From an uncultured Rhodospirillaceae bacterium (GTDB taxonomy: Bacteria; Pseudomonadota; Alphaproteobacteria; MPNO01; UBA2964): a stretch of 43,148 nucleotides of DNA. The stretch lies in assembly GCA_964477025.1 (NCBI GenBank), contig CAYZDH010000002.1, forward strand, positions 1 to 43,148, in the 5' to 3' direction. The translations under genes and the position numbers were made by a program. The notes under the pieces were generated by a model that was not told the origin of the DNA, did not search any database, and was given only the letters and a program-made list of their open reading frames with translations. Positions 1-7,872 of this stretch are shown here, in pieces (the first letter of the stretch is position 1; the number at the start of each line of letters is the position of its first letter).

Positions 1-170
1 CAAAGGCAGTCGGGGAGCCTCCTCTAATGTTGGCCATTAGTGTTTGGCTTGCTCTTCGTGATGCTGTCGCGAGAGTTGGTGATTATAAGTTCCGACCAGA
101 ACTGAATGCGCCCGCAACACCAGAGGCAATTCTACTCGCCCTCGAAAAAATACAGGAAAATACAGGTTAA
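1..170 (+). CDS. 3' end of a xanthine-dehydrogenase-type molybdopterin-binding subunit (partial; start lies outside the window)
   Basis: Absent from the ORF track because it has no start in the window. The frame starting at nt 3 reads KAVGEPPLMLAISVWLALRDAVARVGDYKFRPELNAPATPEAILLALEKIQENTG, with stop TAA at 168-170. GEPPLML..S....A.RDA and PATPE.I are the conserved C-terminal motifs I recognise from XdhB/XDH Mo subunits. Confidence 0.6.
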   Translation, partial: KAVGEPPLMLAISVWLALRDAVARVGDYKFRPELNAPATPEAILLALEKIQENTG

Positions 171-189
171 AATGGGGCAATTCATTTAT

Positions 190-227
190 AATCAATGACT
201 TGAAATAAAAATTTTAAGTCATTGATT
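190..227. repeat. 38-nt near-perfect palindrome / long hairpin between the XDH-like stop and the next RBS
   Basis: The arms aatcaatgactt (190-201) and aagtcattgatt (216-227) are exact reverse complements. The 14-nt spacer gaaataaaaatttt also pairs (one G-U), giving about 17 bp with an AAAA loop. No T-tract follows; the AGGAG RBS of the 244 gene starts about 4 nt after it. Confidence 0.7.
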
Positions 228-243
228 CCAGGAGAAAAATTTT

Positions 244-1260
244 TTGAGTAAAAGTAACAGCCCAGCGATCCGAGTTTTGCGCGAGCATGACCTGAAAAAA
301 TTGCTCGATATTCCGACGGCAATTGAAATCATAGAAAAGACATATCGCAATTATGGCACCGGCGACAGCCATACACTGTCTAATCCAACATCTTTGTATG
401 GAGGCAGTGGGAGGAATGCCGCTGCTCGATACAAAGTAAAAGGCGCAACTCATCTAAGCGGGCAAGTCACCGGGATTAGATTAATTAGCGACCTTCCTGT
501 TAAACAAGGGTTTGATTCTTATCATTTGCTTTGGGTTTATGATGACAGAAGCGCCGCCCCGATTGGGTTGCTGGATGAAACATGGTTGCACCGCTTTAGA
601 ACGGCGTTGACTGGCGTTGTAGCGGCTAAATTTCTTGCTAGGCCTGAAGCCAAAATTGTTGCTCTGTTGGGGGCTGGAGAAATTGCTCGCCAGCTATTCC
701 CTGCGCTATCGGACAATTTTGAACTTGATGAAATTCGGGTCGTTGCACGCCGTTATGAAAGTGCTGAACGATTTTGTAAAATAATGGGAGATCAAATACA
801 GACTGATATGGTTGCTCATAAAAATGCCGACGCAGCGATAAGAGGAGCCGATATTATTATTGCGCTGACATTAGCGGATAAGCCCATTATTAGGTCCGGT
901 ATGTTGTCGCCGGGCAGTTTTCTATGTTCGATGGGAGAAACTGAAGAAGTCGAGATAAGTGTTCTTGCAGAAACGGATAAGTTTGTAGTTGATGAGTTCG
1001 AATATGCGACAGTTCTCGGTGATATGTCGCAATGGCTTAGTAAAGGGCTTATAGAACGGGAAATTTTGCAGGAAAAGGTTGACGCGCATATTGGGCAAAT
1101 TGTTGCAAATATAGTTCCGGGTCGGGAAAATTCGACGGAACGTATATTTGCAATCATTCAAGGAATGGCAATATGCGATCTTGCATTGGCTAACTATGCT
1201 CTAACCAAAGCTGCCGATCATAACGTGGGAGAGCTAATAAATATTTTTGACCAAAGGTAG
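244..1260 (+). CDS. ornithine cyclodeaminase / mu-crystallin family NAD(P)-dependent enzyme
   Basis: 338-aa ORF with a TTG start 8 nt after AGGAG. It has the family-typical HRFRTALTGVVAAKFLA segment followed by the Rossmann motif LLGAGEIARQ, and its length is typical for the OCD/mu-crystallin family. Confidence 0.85.
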   Translation: MSKSNSPAIRVLREHDLKKLLDIPTAIEIIEKTYRNYGTGDSHTLSNPTSLYGGSGRNAAARYKVKGATHLSGQVTGIRLISDLPVKQGFDSYHLLWVYDDRSAAPIGLLDETWLHRFRTALTGVVAAKFLARPEAKIVALLGAGEIARQLFPALSDNFELDEIRVVARRYESAERFCKIMGDQIQTDMVAHKNADAAIRGADIIIALTLADKPIIRSGMLSPGSFLCSMGETEEVEISVLAETDKFVVDEFEYATVLGDMSQWLSKGLIEREILQEKVDAHIGQIVANIVPGRENSTERIFAIIQGMAICDLALANYALTKAADHNVGELINIFDQR

Positions 1261-1267
1261 TTAGGGT

Positions 1268-2074
1268 TCACAGGTCTTCAAGCAACCGTCCGTATCCATA
1301 GATATCGTCAGTTAGCTGCAGGGTTCGTAAGCACTGCCAAAACAGAGCCTGATTACTTGTAATCACTGGCTTTCCTAATTTTTTTTCTAAGCTTTTGATA
1401 ACGTTTAGCGATGGAAGGTTGGTGCAGCTAATAAAAACGGCATCTGCTTCTGGGCAGTCGGCCTTTTCAGACAGTCTCTCTACAATTTTTGATGGAACAT
1501 GCCCTATACTGGCGCGCTCTGAAGCAGTAGAACCGAGTTGCAGGCTTTCTACAGAGACGACTTCAAATCCTTTGTCCATCAGCCATTCGGTTTCACGTTT
1601 GTTAACAAAATCAGTGCGAGGTGTTGCAAGAGCGACCCGAGTAGCTCCAACGGCATGGAGGGCTTTAACTACTGCGTCTGATGTCAAAAGAGCCGGGACC
1701 CCTTTGGCGTTATCCTTCATGATTTTTATCGTTTCGCTCGCCGGGGTAAAGTAGGAGCAAGACGTGCAGCCAAACGCTATAACGTCTACATCTGCTGAAC
1801 CAAGGTCGCGGCTCGCCATGGCTACGTTTTTAGCGATTTGTTTATAGAGCGCTGGGGCTTGCGGTCCATCCTGAAATGCACGTGCAACACAAATTCCAAC
1901 ACCATGGGGCGCCATCATGTGAAATTCTGGTTCTATACTTGTGTTAGTAGATGGACATATCAGTCCAATACGACCACGCAACGAATAAGGGCTACTGTTA
2001 AGCAAGCCCTTGATAGGGTTTGCTTTATTATTTTGCTTGTTAGTGGATGAGGTTAAGTCATGCTTATCACTCAT
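1268..2074 (-). CDS. Asp/Glu/hydantoin-racemase-superfamily enzyme, maleate isomerase / arylmalonate decarboxylase-like, with both catalytic-position cysteines
   Basis: I chose the internal ATG (Met25 of the tracked ORF, MSDKHD...) because it overlaps the upstream stop as ATGA (2071-2074). Motifs are IGLICPSTNTSIEPE, FGCTSCSY, ISCTNLPS and the C-terminal GYGRLLEDL, which resembles the AMDase C-terminus as I recall it. Confidence 0.8.
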   Translation of the reverse strand: MSDKHDLTSSTNKQNNKANPIKGLLNSSPYSLRGRIGLICPSTNTSIEPEFHMMAPHGVGICVARAFQDGPQAPALYKQIAKNVAMASRDLGSADVDVIAFGCTSCSYFTPASETIKIMKDNAKGVPALLTSDAVVKALHAVGATRVALATPRTDFVNKRETEWLMDKGFEVVSVESLQLGSTASERASIGHVPSKIVERLSEKADCPEADAVFISCTNLPSLNVIKSLEKKLGKPVITSNQALFWQCLRTLQLTDDIYGYGRLLEDL

Positions 2075-3156
2075 GGGGACTTTGTATCCACGATGCAGGC
2101 GCAAATTCCCCCTCCTGGGGGAGCTGGATGTTCTGTACCACCGCAAACAATAATGCGACCCGTACCAAGTAAAGATCCGACAACTCCACTGGCTGATGCC
2201 CGCATATGCTTGTCTGGGTCTAACTCACTTTGATAGACGGTTGTCCGCTCACCGCGAACGCGTCCATCCGGTGCAATTCCAGCTTTTAGTAGGACGGCCT
2301 GAAGAATTTCTTTACCCACCAACTCCCCAATTTCGTCTAGATTACAACCAGCCTCACAAAATAAAGCCTTGAGAGACCGGGTATCAAGAATATCGTTAAG
2401 TTGGCGAGAGTAAATTCGGGAAGTGCCATTTGCGCCCTGACGGTTACCAAGAACCAAAACTTCACAGTGTTTAACTTCTGTTCCAGAAAAGGTCATTGCC
2501 CGAGTTGCATATTTGTTAAAATCTTTTCCAATATGAATATCTTTTAAATGTTCTATTTCGAGTTCACCAAGGGCTATAGCTACACCTAAAGCCGCCGCCC
2601 CGCGGGATAAACCACTAATTCCAGCTCGTGACATAACTACCGGGTCGCCAGTCAGTGCCGCGTCGTTAGGTGTGAGAATCGGACTTTTCACTAAGACAAG
2701 GCTGGTCTGATCGGGCTTAAGGGCGGCCTCTTTCAATGCTGCGTTTACAGCTCCTGCTACTAATTTAATCTGAACATTCGTAGCTAACTCTTCGGCTGCC
2801 AATATTCTAGTTTGAGCACCCCCCATAGTAAGTTGGTATGGCCCGTTGGTTAAATTTTCTTCGTCTTTGATAGTGGCAAGTACATAAACAGATGGGCTGA
2901 GTATGCCTTCGCACCCGGTCGAAAAGATAATTGTAGAACGGCCAAGAAGTTCGTCGCCTCCAAAATGCCTAATCGAAGTTTGGACTGCCTCGACCGCTAG
3001 TTCGCGGGAGAAGTCATTTATTGTCGCCGTCCCTTCCGTTTTACCAATTAGGGCGAGGCGTTCGATTTTCTCAATAGGCAAGGCCGATAAGATTTGCTCT
3101 AATTTAGAAACATCACTTGGGTGATCAGTTGGGTAGCTGTCAACTATAACGCGCAT
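2071..3156 (-). CDS. ring-opening amidohydrolase of the cyanuric acid hydrolase / barbiturase (AtzD/TrzD) family
   Basis: 361 aa. Motifs are LIGKTEGTATINDFSRE, FSTGCEGILSP, LVKSPILTP, LSRGAAALGVAIALGE, LLKAGIAPDGRVRGERTT and C-terminal VCGGTEHPAPPGGG. These parallel the three Ser-Lys repeat units and the C-terminal loop of AtzD as I recall the sequence. Confidence 0.8.
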   Translation of the reverse strand: MRVIVDSYPTDHPSDVSKLEQILSALPIEKIERLALIGKTEGTATINDFSRELAVEAVQTSIRHFGGDELLGRSTIIFSTGCEGILSPSVYVLATIKDEENLTNGPYQLTMGGAQTRILAAEELATNVQIKLVAGAVNAALKEAALKPDQTSLVLVKSPILTPNDAALTGDPVVMSRAGISGLSRGAAALGVAIALGELEIEHLKDIHIGKDFNKYATRAMTFSGTEVKHCEVLVLGNRQGANGTSRIYSRQLNDILDTRSLKALFCEAGCNLDEIGELVGKEILQAVLLKAGIAPDGRVRGERTTVYQSELDPDKHMRASASGVVGSLLGTGRIIVCGGTEHPAPPGGGICACIVDTKSP

Positions 3157-3404
3157 TTCAAGTCCTTTCAGACTACGAATTTTCAGGTTAATTTAATCAA
3201 GGTTGTAAACCGTATCGAATTCTCCAAATTCAGGAGGAAAAATTATAGTTTGTGGATCGAGTCTATCTTTAGAGGATGAAACTCTGAACTAAATTATATC
3301 AGAGAGTTCTGCTATAAAATTCGGATATAGAAATTAATAAAGATTTTAATATTTTGACGATCAACACTAATAAGGTATCCCAAAAAATTTGATCGCGTTA
3401 AATT

Positions 3405-3430
3405 AAAAAGGGGGCAATTTGCCCCCTTTT
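3405..3430 (-). terminator. rho-independent (bidirectional-looking) terminator after the TAXI-TRAP operon
   Basis: The sequence is aaaaaGGGGGCAattTGCCCCCtttt: a 7-bp GC-rich stem with a 3-nt loop, an A5 run on one side and a T4 run on the other. It lies 17 nt downstream of the minus-strand stop at 3447. Confidence 0.75.
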
Positions 3431-3446
3431 GTAGTTTGATTAGCCT

Positions 3447-4415
3447 CTATTTTAGGCCAAGTTCTTTATATGCGCGTAAGGCACCGGGGTGCATTTTAAT
3501 TCCAGCATTTTTGAAATTAGCCATGCCCGGGGTTGGGTTCCAAGACTTATAGACCGTCTTCATATATTTTCTTGTTGAAGCCTTATAAGTGTATTTAATA
3601 ATTTTATAAATAACATCATCCGGAACACTTGCACGGGCCATGATGGTGCTGGGGACGCCATAAGATAGCGCATCTCCAACGACATTTTTTCCATAGGCAC
3701 TGCCTTTTATCACAAACGGTGCGAAGGCGGGATTTTTGCCCATAACGGCCTTAAGTTCTGACTTTTGTAGTGGAATAAGACGTAGCTTACGGGTTGCAGC
3801 TAAGGCAGTCACAACAGGAACAGGTACCGCTGAGGAAACCGCAAATGCATCAATATTACCATCACGCAAAGCATTACCAGCGGCACTAAAACCAAGGTAC
3901 TGTGCTTTGACATTATTGCGGACGCCAACAGTACGAAGTACGAGATCTGCGTTAGCCGCAGTTCCACTGCCAGCTTTGGCTAAAGAAACCCGTTTGCCTT
4001 TTAAATCTGCAAAGCTAGTGATGTTATGCTTTGCCAGAGTTACCCAATGAATCGGAGAAATTGTTAACGACATAAGTGCGCGAACATTTGTGATCGGTTT
4101 CTTACCTTTGAATTTTCCGGTTGCCGTAACAGCATTATAAACAGCACCAAGATTAGCCAAACCAAGGTCGATTCCGCCCTTTTTTTTGCCCAAAATACGC
4201 ATATTGGTGGTTGATCCAGCAGTCGTTCGTGTTGAGAGGTTAATTCCTTTTACGTCACGAGTAATCGCGGTTGATAGCCCACCGCCCATTAGGAAATAAC
4301 TACCACCTGGCGAACTAGTGCCAATAACAAAATTTTGTGCATTCACAGCGGTACTAAGAAGACCTAGTGCTCCTACACTTACGCAAATTGTATAAAGTTT
4401 TTTATTCATTTTCAT
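3447..4415 (-). CDS. TRAP transporter solute-binding protein, TAXI family
   Basis: 322 aa with the signal peptide MKMNKKLYTICVSVGALGLLSTAVNA and a GTSSPGGSYFLMGGGL motif typical of TAXI receptors. It sits directly downstream of a fused TRAP permease. Confidence 0.85.
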   Translation of the reverse strand: MKMNKKLYTICVSVGALGLLSTAVNAQNFVIGTSSPGGSYFLMGGGLSTAITRDVKGINLSTRTTAGSTTNMRILGKKKGGIDLGLANLGAVYNAVTATGKFKGKKPITNVRALMSLTISPIHWVTLAKHNITSFADLKGKRVSLAKAGSGTAANADLVLRTVGVRNNVKAQYLGFSAAGNALRDGNIDAFAVSSAVPVPVVTALAATRKLRLIPLQKSELKAVMGKNPAFAPFVIKGSAYGKNVVGDALSYGVPSTIMARASVPDDVIYKIIKYTYKASTRKYMKTVYKSWNPTPGMANFKNAGIKMHPGALRAYKELGLK

Positions 4416-4502
4416 ATTTTTTCTCCTTTTTTACGACCTGTTTTGGCCGCAAAATGTTGCCATCCCCCATTAAACAAATTTAATATTTTGAGCTCAGGAG
4501 AT

Positions 4503-6404
4503 TTAAAGCTCAGGTATTTTATTGTTTTTATTACGCTTCTCTTGGCGGATTTGCCAAATCCAGAAACAGACAAAAACTATTAGTGGCAAAACTGCAAAGA
4601 GGCCATGTACTAGAACTAAGCTGATCCCAATACAAATTGACAAAAACCGCATTTTTTTACTTAAATCAGTGTAAAAAAATCCTTCTATTCCAGCCGAAAG
4701 GGAGAGCCCACCAAGGGCCAGTGTCACCACGGTGAGAAAAACATTTATTGCGCCGCCCTCCAGCAGCAGACCCGGCTGGTATACAAACAATACCGGCAAA
4801 TAAAAGATCGCCATAGCCTTTACCATGGCAATATTGCATACCGGCCATAGTCGTTCTTTAGAGATCCCAGCTGCCATGTAGGCTGCCAACGCGACCGGCG
4901 GGGTAACATTCGATGCTTGTCCCCACCACAAAACCAGCAAATGGGCTGCCATAATTGGTATTCCGAGTTGGATGAGTGCTGGCGCTGCCAAGGTTGCCAG
5001 AATGACGTATGCTGGAATTACCGAAAGTCCCATCCCAAGTATGTAGCCAATGATGAAAATAAACATCACCGTGAAGGCGAGGTTACTCTGCGCTAAATCA
5101 ATAATAAGCCCGGTGACCCGTATGCCTGTACCTGGCAAAAGAACGGCGCCCGCGATAATGGAAACTGGCCCTGCAACTGCAATAATTGGCAGGGACTCTT
5201 TGGCCCCTTCTGCCAGAGCTTGAATAATTTTCCGTGGCCCCATTTTTTTATCGGTAAACCAGCTGGCGACTATCACACTGATGATCGCCAACAGACCAAC
5301 CCGACTAAGAGAATAGTCCATATAAACTAAAATGATGACTACAAAGATGGGAAGTAGATAAACCCACCCTTTTTTGAAGGTTCCAATGAAGGGCGGGCAA
5401 TCTGATGGAGGTAATCCCTTTAGGTTGTTTCGTCGTGCATAAAAATGGACCTGGAGATAGACATTAAGAAAATAGAGTAGAGCAGGGATGGTGGCGTAGA
5501 GAACAATTTGGCCATAGGAGAATCCGGTCAAGGCCACCATTATAAAAGCAGACGCCCCCATAACAGGCGGCATGACGGTTCCACCTGTTGAAGCGGCGGC
5601 TTCAATGCCGCCGGCGACCGCTGGCCGGTATCCAGTCCGGATCATCATAGGAATCGTAATATTGCCGGTTATTGCAACATTAGCTGATGCAGAGCCGGAG
5701 ATGCTTGCGGTAATGAAACTGGAACCCACAGCTGCCTTGGCACCGCCTCCCGCTCTTGTCCCAAGAAAGGAAAGGCACATGTCGGTAAAAAATTCGGATG
5801 CGCCCGAGCGGATAAGGAATACTCCAAACACCAAGAACAAAAATAAATTAGATGCTAATACATAGGTAATTGAGCCATAAAGCCCATCGGTCTGAGCATA
5901 AAGCGACGTGGCTATTTCTCTCATATTAAAGCCGCCATGCGTAAATGGCCAAGGGACGCTGGCTCCAAAATAGAGAAAAGCAAGAAATGCTCCAGAGATG
6001 ATTGCCATGGCAAGCCCTAAAGCCCGACGGCCTGCTTCGATTACCCCCAGGATCATTATCCAGCCCATTACCATATCAAAATTGCCGATATCGAAACCTT
6101 CATTTTCAGCAAAAATCAGATAATGTTCGTTAAAACGATAGGTAGCGATTGTTACAGCTACAAAAAAAACAACATCAAAAAGCCTTGCGGGAAGAGAGTT
6201 TGCGAGTGGAAAATAACAAATGGCAAGAGCTACACCAACGAATATAAAAAGGCTGCGATCGAGTGCGGGGCTAAAGGTTCCAAAAGCCCCGACGTACATA
6301 AAATAGAGAGTTGTCGTAAGGCCTATTAAAAAACCAAGCTTGTTCCAATTTCCGCAAAACTGATCTGCCGAAATAACCTGTGCATTAACTGGCTCGTTAG
6401 TCAT
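4503..6404 (-). CDS. TRAP transporter fused small/large permease (TAXI-associated type)
   Basis: 633-aa polytopic membrane protein. Its size and hydrophobic pattern match fused 4TM+12TM TRAP permeases, and it is adjacent to the TAXI binding protein. Confidence 0.85.
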   Translation of the reverse strand: MTNEPVNAQVISADQFCGNWNKLGFLIGLTTTLYFMYVGAFGTFSPALDRSLFIFVGVALAICYFPLANSLPARLFDVVFFVAVTIATYRFNEHYLIFAENEGFDIGNFDMVMGWIMILGVIEAGRRALGLAMAIISGAFLAFLYFGASVPWPFTHGGFNMREIATSLYAQTDGLYGSITYVLASNLFLFLVFGVFLIRSGASEFFTDMCLSFLGTRAGGGAKAAVGSSFITASISGSASANVAITGNITIPMMIRTGYRPAVAGGIEAAASTGGTVMPPVMGASAFIMVALTGFSYGQIVLYATIPALLYFLNVYLQVHFYARRNNLKGLPPSDCPPFIGTFKKGWVYLLPIFVVIILVYMDYSLSRVGLLAIISVIVASWFTDKKMGPRKIIQALAEGAKESLPIIAVAGPVSIIAGAVLLPGTGIRVTGLIIDLAQSNLAFTVMFIFIIGYILGMGLSVIPAYVILATLAAPALIQLGIPIMAAHLLVLWWGQASNVTPPVALAAYMAAGISKERLWPVCNIAMVKAMAIFYLPVLFVYQPGLLLEGGAINVFLTVVTLALGGLSLSAGIEGFFYTDLSKKMRFLSICIGISLVLVHGLFAVLPLIVFVCFWIWQIRQEKRNKNNKIPEL

Positions 6405-6846
6405 TGATTAATAAATCCCACTCTAACAAACGCAGTCAATTAAATACCCTTTCAGACCGCGTTTTAGGAATATGACAACAAATTAACTAAGGATAATAAA
6501 ACCTCAGAGTCAATGTTGGGAAAAAATATTTAAACGCGGAATAGCTCACTAAATGGTCAGGTGCATTCCCGTCCCTCACTCAATTATTTTCAATGACTTA
6601 GTTGCTAGTTGGCGCCTTACCCCCAAAAGATAATAGGATTTTAATGGGAGCCTTGTTACCAAATTGCGTAAGTTGGTCCTAAGCCTCCAGCTATTTACGG
6701 ACGCTATGTCTTTCATGGCATAGACTTACTTTTATTACGGAATTATTCTGGAACTCTTCAAGAAATGAAAAATTATAAAGTAAAAAATCATTACAGAATT
6801 TAACGCCGTATAGAGAAATGAGTAATGTCTATAACAGGAGGAGAAA

Positions 6847-7776
6847 ATGCTTAAGAAAAAATATAGCTGCGTTAAGGTTGATCAGCAAAAAGACGGGATC
6901 ACTTGGGTAATTTTCAATCGTCCCGAAAAACGAAACGCTATGAGCCCAACTTTCCACGCAGAAATGGTTGAAATCCTCGATCTTTTGGAAACCGACCCCG
7001 ACACCAAGCTTGTCATTCTAACGGGTGAAGGTGTCTCTTTCAGCGCTGGACAAGATTTGAAGGTTTTCTTTAGGGAAACTGATGGTCGCCCTGATCTTAA
7101 GGCTGCGGCCTACAATAATAGTAAATGGCGTAACGAAAAACTGTGGATGTACAACAAGCCGACTATTTCCATGGTTAACGGTTTTTGCGTTGGTGGTGCT
7201 TTTACACAGTGCATTTGTTCTGACTTCGCTATTTCTGCAAATAACGCGACCTTTTGCCTTTCGGAAATTAACTGGGGAATTTTACCTGGGGGTATGGTCT
7301 CAAAAATGGTGAGCGATCTATTTAATCAACGAGATGCGATGTTTTATGCCTGTACCGGCCGAACTTTCAATGGCAAAGAAGCTGCTAAAATGGGTATGGT
7401 TAACTACTCAGTGCCTAAGAAAGATCTTCGCAAGGAAACACTTAAACTAGCGAAAGAACTCCTGGAAAAGAATCCGAATGTCCTCCGGGGTACTAAACAC
7501 GCTATTCGTGCTACCCAAGATATGTCTTGGCGAGCCGCGGCGGATTATTTGGCTGCAAAGGGGGCCGAAATTAAAGTTCGTGATGCTGCGCGTGGACATG
7601 ACGCTTACGCTGAGGGGATCCGCCAATTCATCGACGAGAAAGCCTACCGGCCAGTATTTTCTCCTTATGTTGGCGCAGCAGATGGTATGACGACCGAGAA
7701 AGGCGGTAAGCCAAGAGCTTCGGCGGCGCGGAAAAGGAAGGCCTCGACAAAGAAAAGAGTTGGCAAGAAAAAATAG
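6847..7776 (+). CDS. crotonase-superfamily enzyme closest to hydroxycinnamoyl-CoA hydratase-lyase (HCHL/Ech), with a polybasic C-terminal tail
   Basis: GGAGGAG RBS. The segments WVIFNRPEKRNAMSP, TISMVNGFCVGGAF, SEINWGILPGG and LLEKNPNVLRGTKH closely mirror the Pseudomonas HCHL sequence as I remember it. The last ~24 aa are GGKPRASAARKRKASTKKRVGKKK. Confidence 0.8.
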   Translation: MLKKKYSCVKVDQQKDGITWVIFNRPEKRNAMSPTFHAEMVEILDLLETDPDTKLVILTGEGVSFSAGQDLKVFFRETDGRPDLKAAAYNNSKWRNEKLWMYNKPTISMVNGFCVGGAFTQCICSDFAISANNATFCLSEINWGILPGGMVSKMVSDLFNQRDAMFYACTGRTFNGKEAAKMGMVNYSVPKKDLRKETLKLAKELLEKNPNVLRGTKHAIRATQDMSWRAAADYLAAKGAEIKVRDAARGHDAYAEGIRQFIDEKAYRPVFSPYVGAADGMTTEKGGKPRASAARKRKASTKKRVGKKK

Positions 7777-7872
7777 GCGCTTTTTTGGGGCATGCTTTTC
7801 GTTTAGACATTTGGTATTAGATCATCGACCGTTTGATTATTTTCACTTGGATTTATAAAAGCGTGTAGTGTC

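Noticed and set aside
1395-1754. 119-aa ORF antisense to the isomerase-like gene. Similar antisense ORFs occur at 214-453, 816-1157, 922-1161, 1838-2050, 2903-3124, 3736-4050, 5572-5865, 6123-6329, 10437-10733 and 10826-11041.
   Set aside because: All lie wholly inside longer ORFs that have clear family motifs on the other strand. Their products are low-complexity or family-less, and none has an RBS. They are shadow ORFs.
2075-2146. N-terminal extensions proposed by the ORF track for several genes: 1268-2146, 13192-13974, 18239, 20406-22859, 25250-26728, 27943-28776, 35972-37111 and 37777-38319.
   Set aside because: In each case an internal ATG with a better RBS, or with operon coupling (ATGA overlap, 4-nt gap), matches the conserved N-terminus of the family. 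The extensions overlap upstream genes or promoters.
2071-3156. Calling the AtzD-like gene part of an atrazine/cyanuric acid pathway.
   Set aside because: No biuret hydrolase, allophanate hydrolase or AtzE/G/H-like genes are nearby, and the C-terminal signature differs from the one I recall for cyanuric acid hydrolases. The substrate is left open.
4490-4515. Direct repeat agctcagg ... agctcagg at the end of the TRAP permease gene.
   Set aside because: It is only 8 nt. One copy lies inside the coding end and nothing else supports a function.
6590-6599. Recurrence of the half-site tcaatgactt from the 190-227 palindrome in the TRAP/HCHL divergent region, as evidence of a shared regulon.
   Set aside because: It is a single 10-mer match without a partner half-site. 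The rough chance expectation in 2 x 43 kb is close to 0.1, so it is kept only as a remark.
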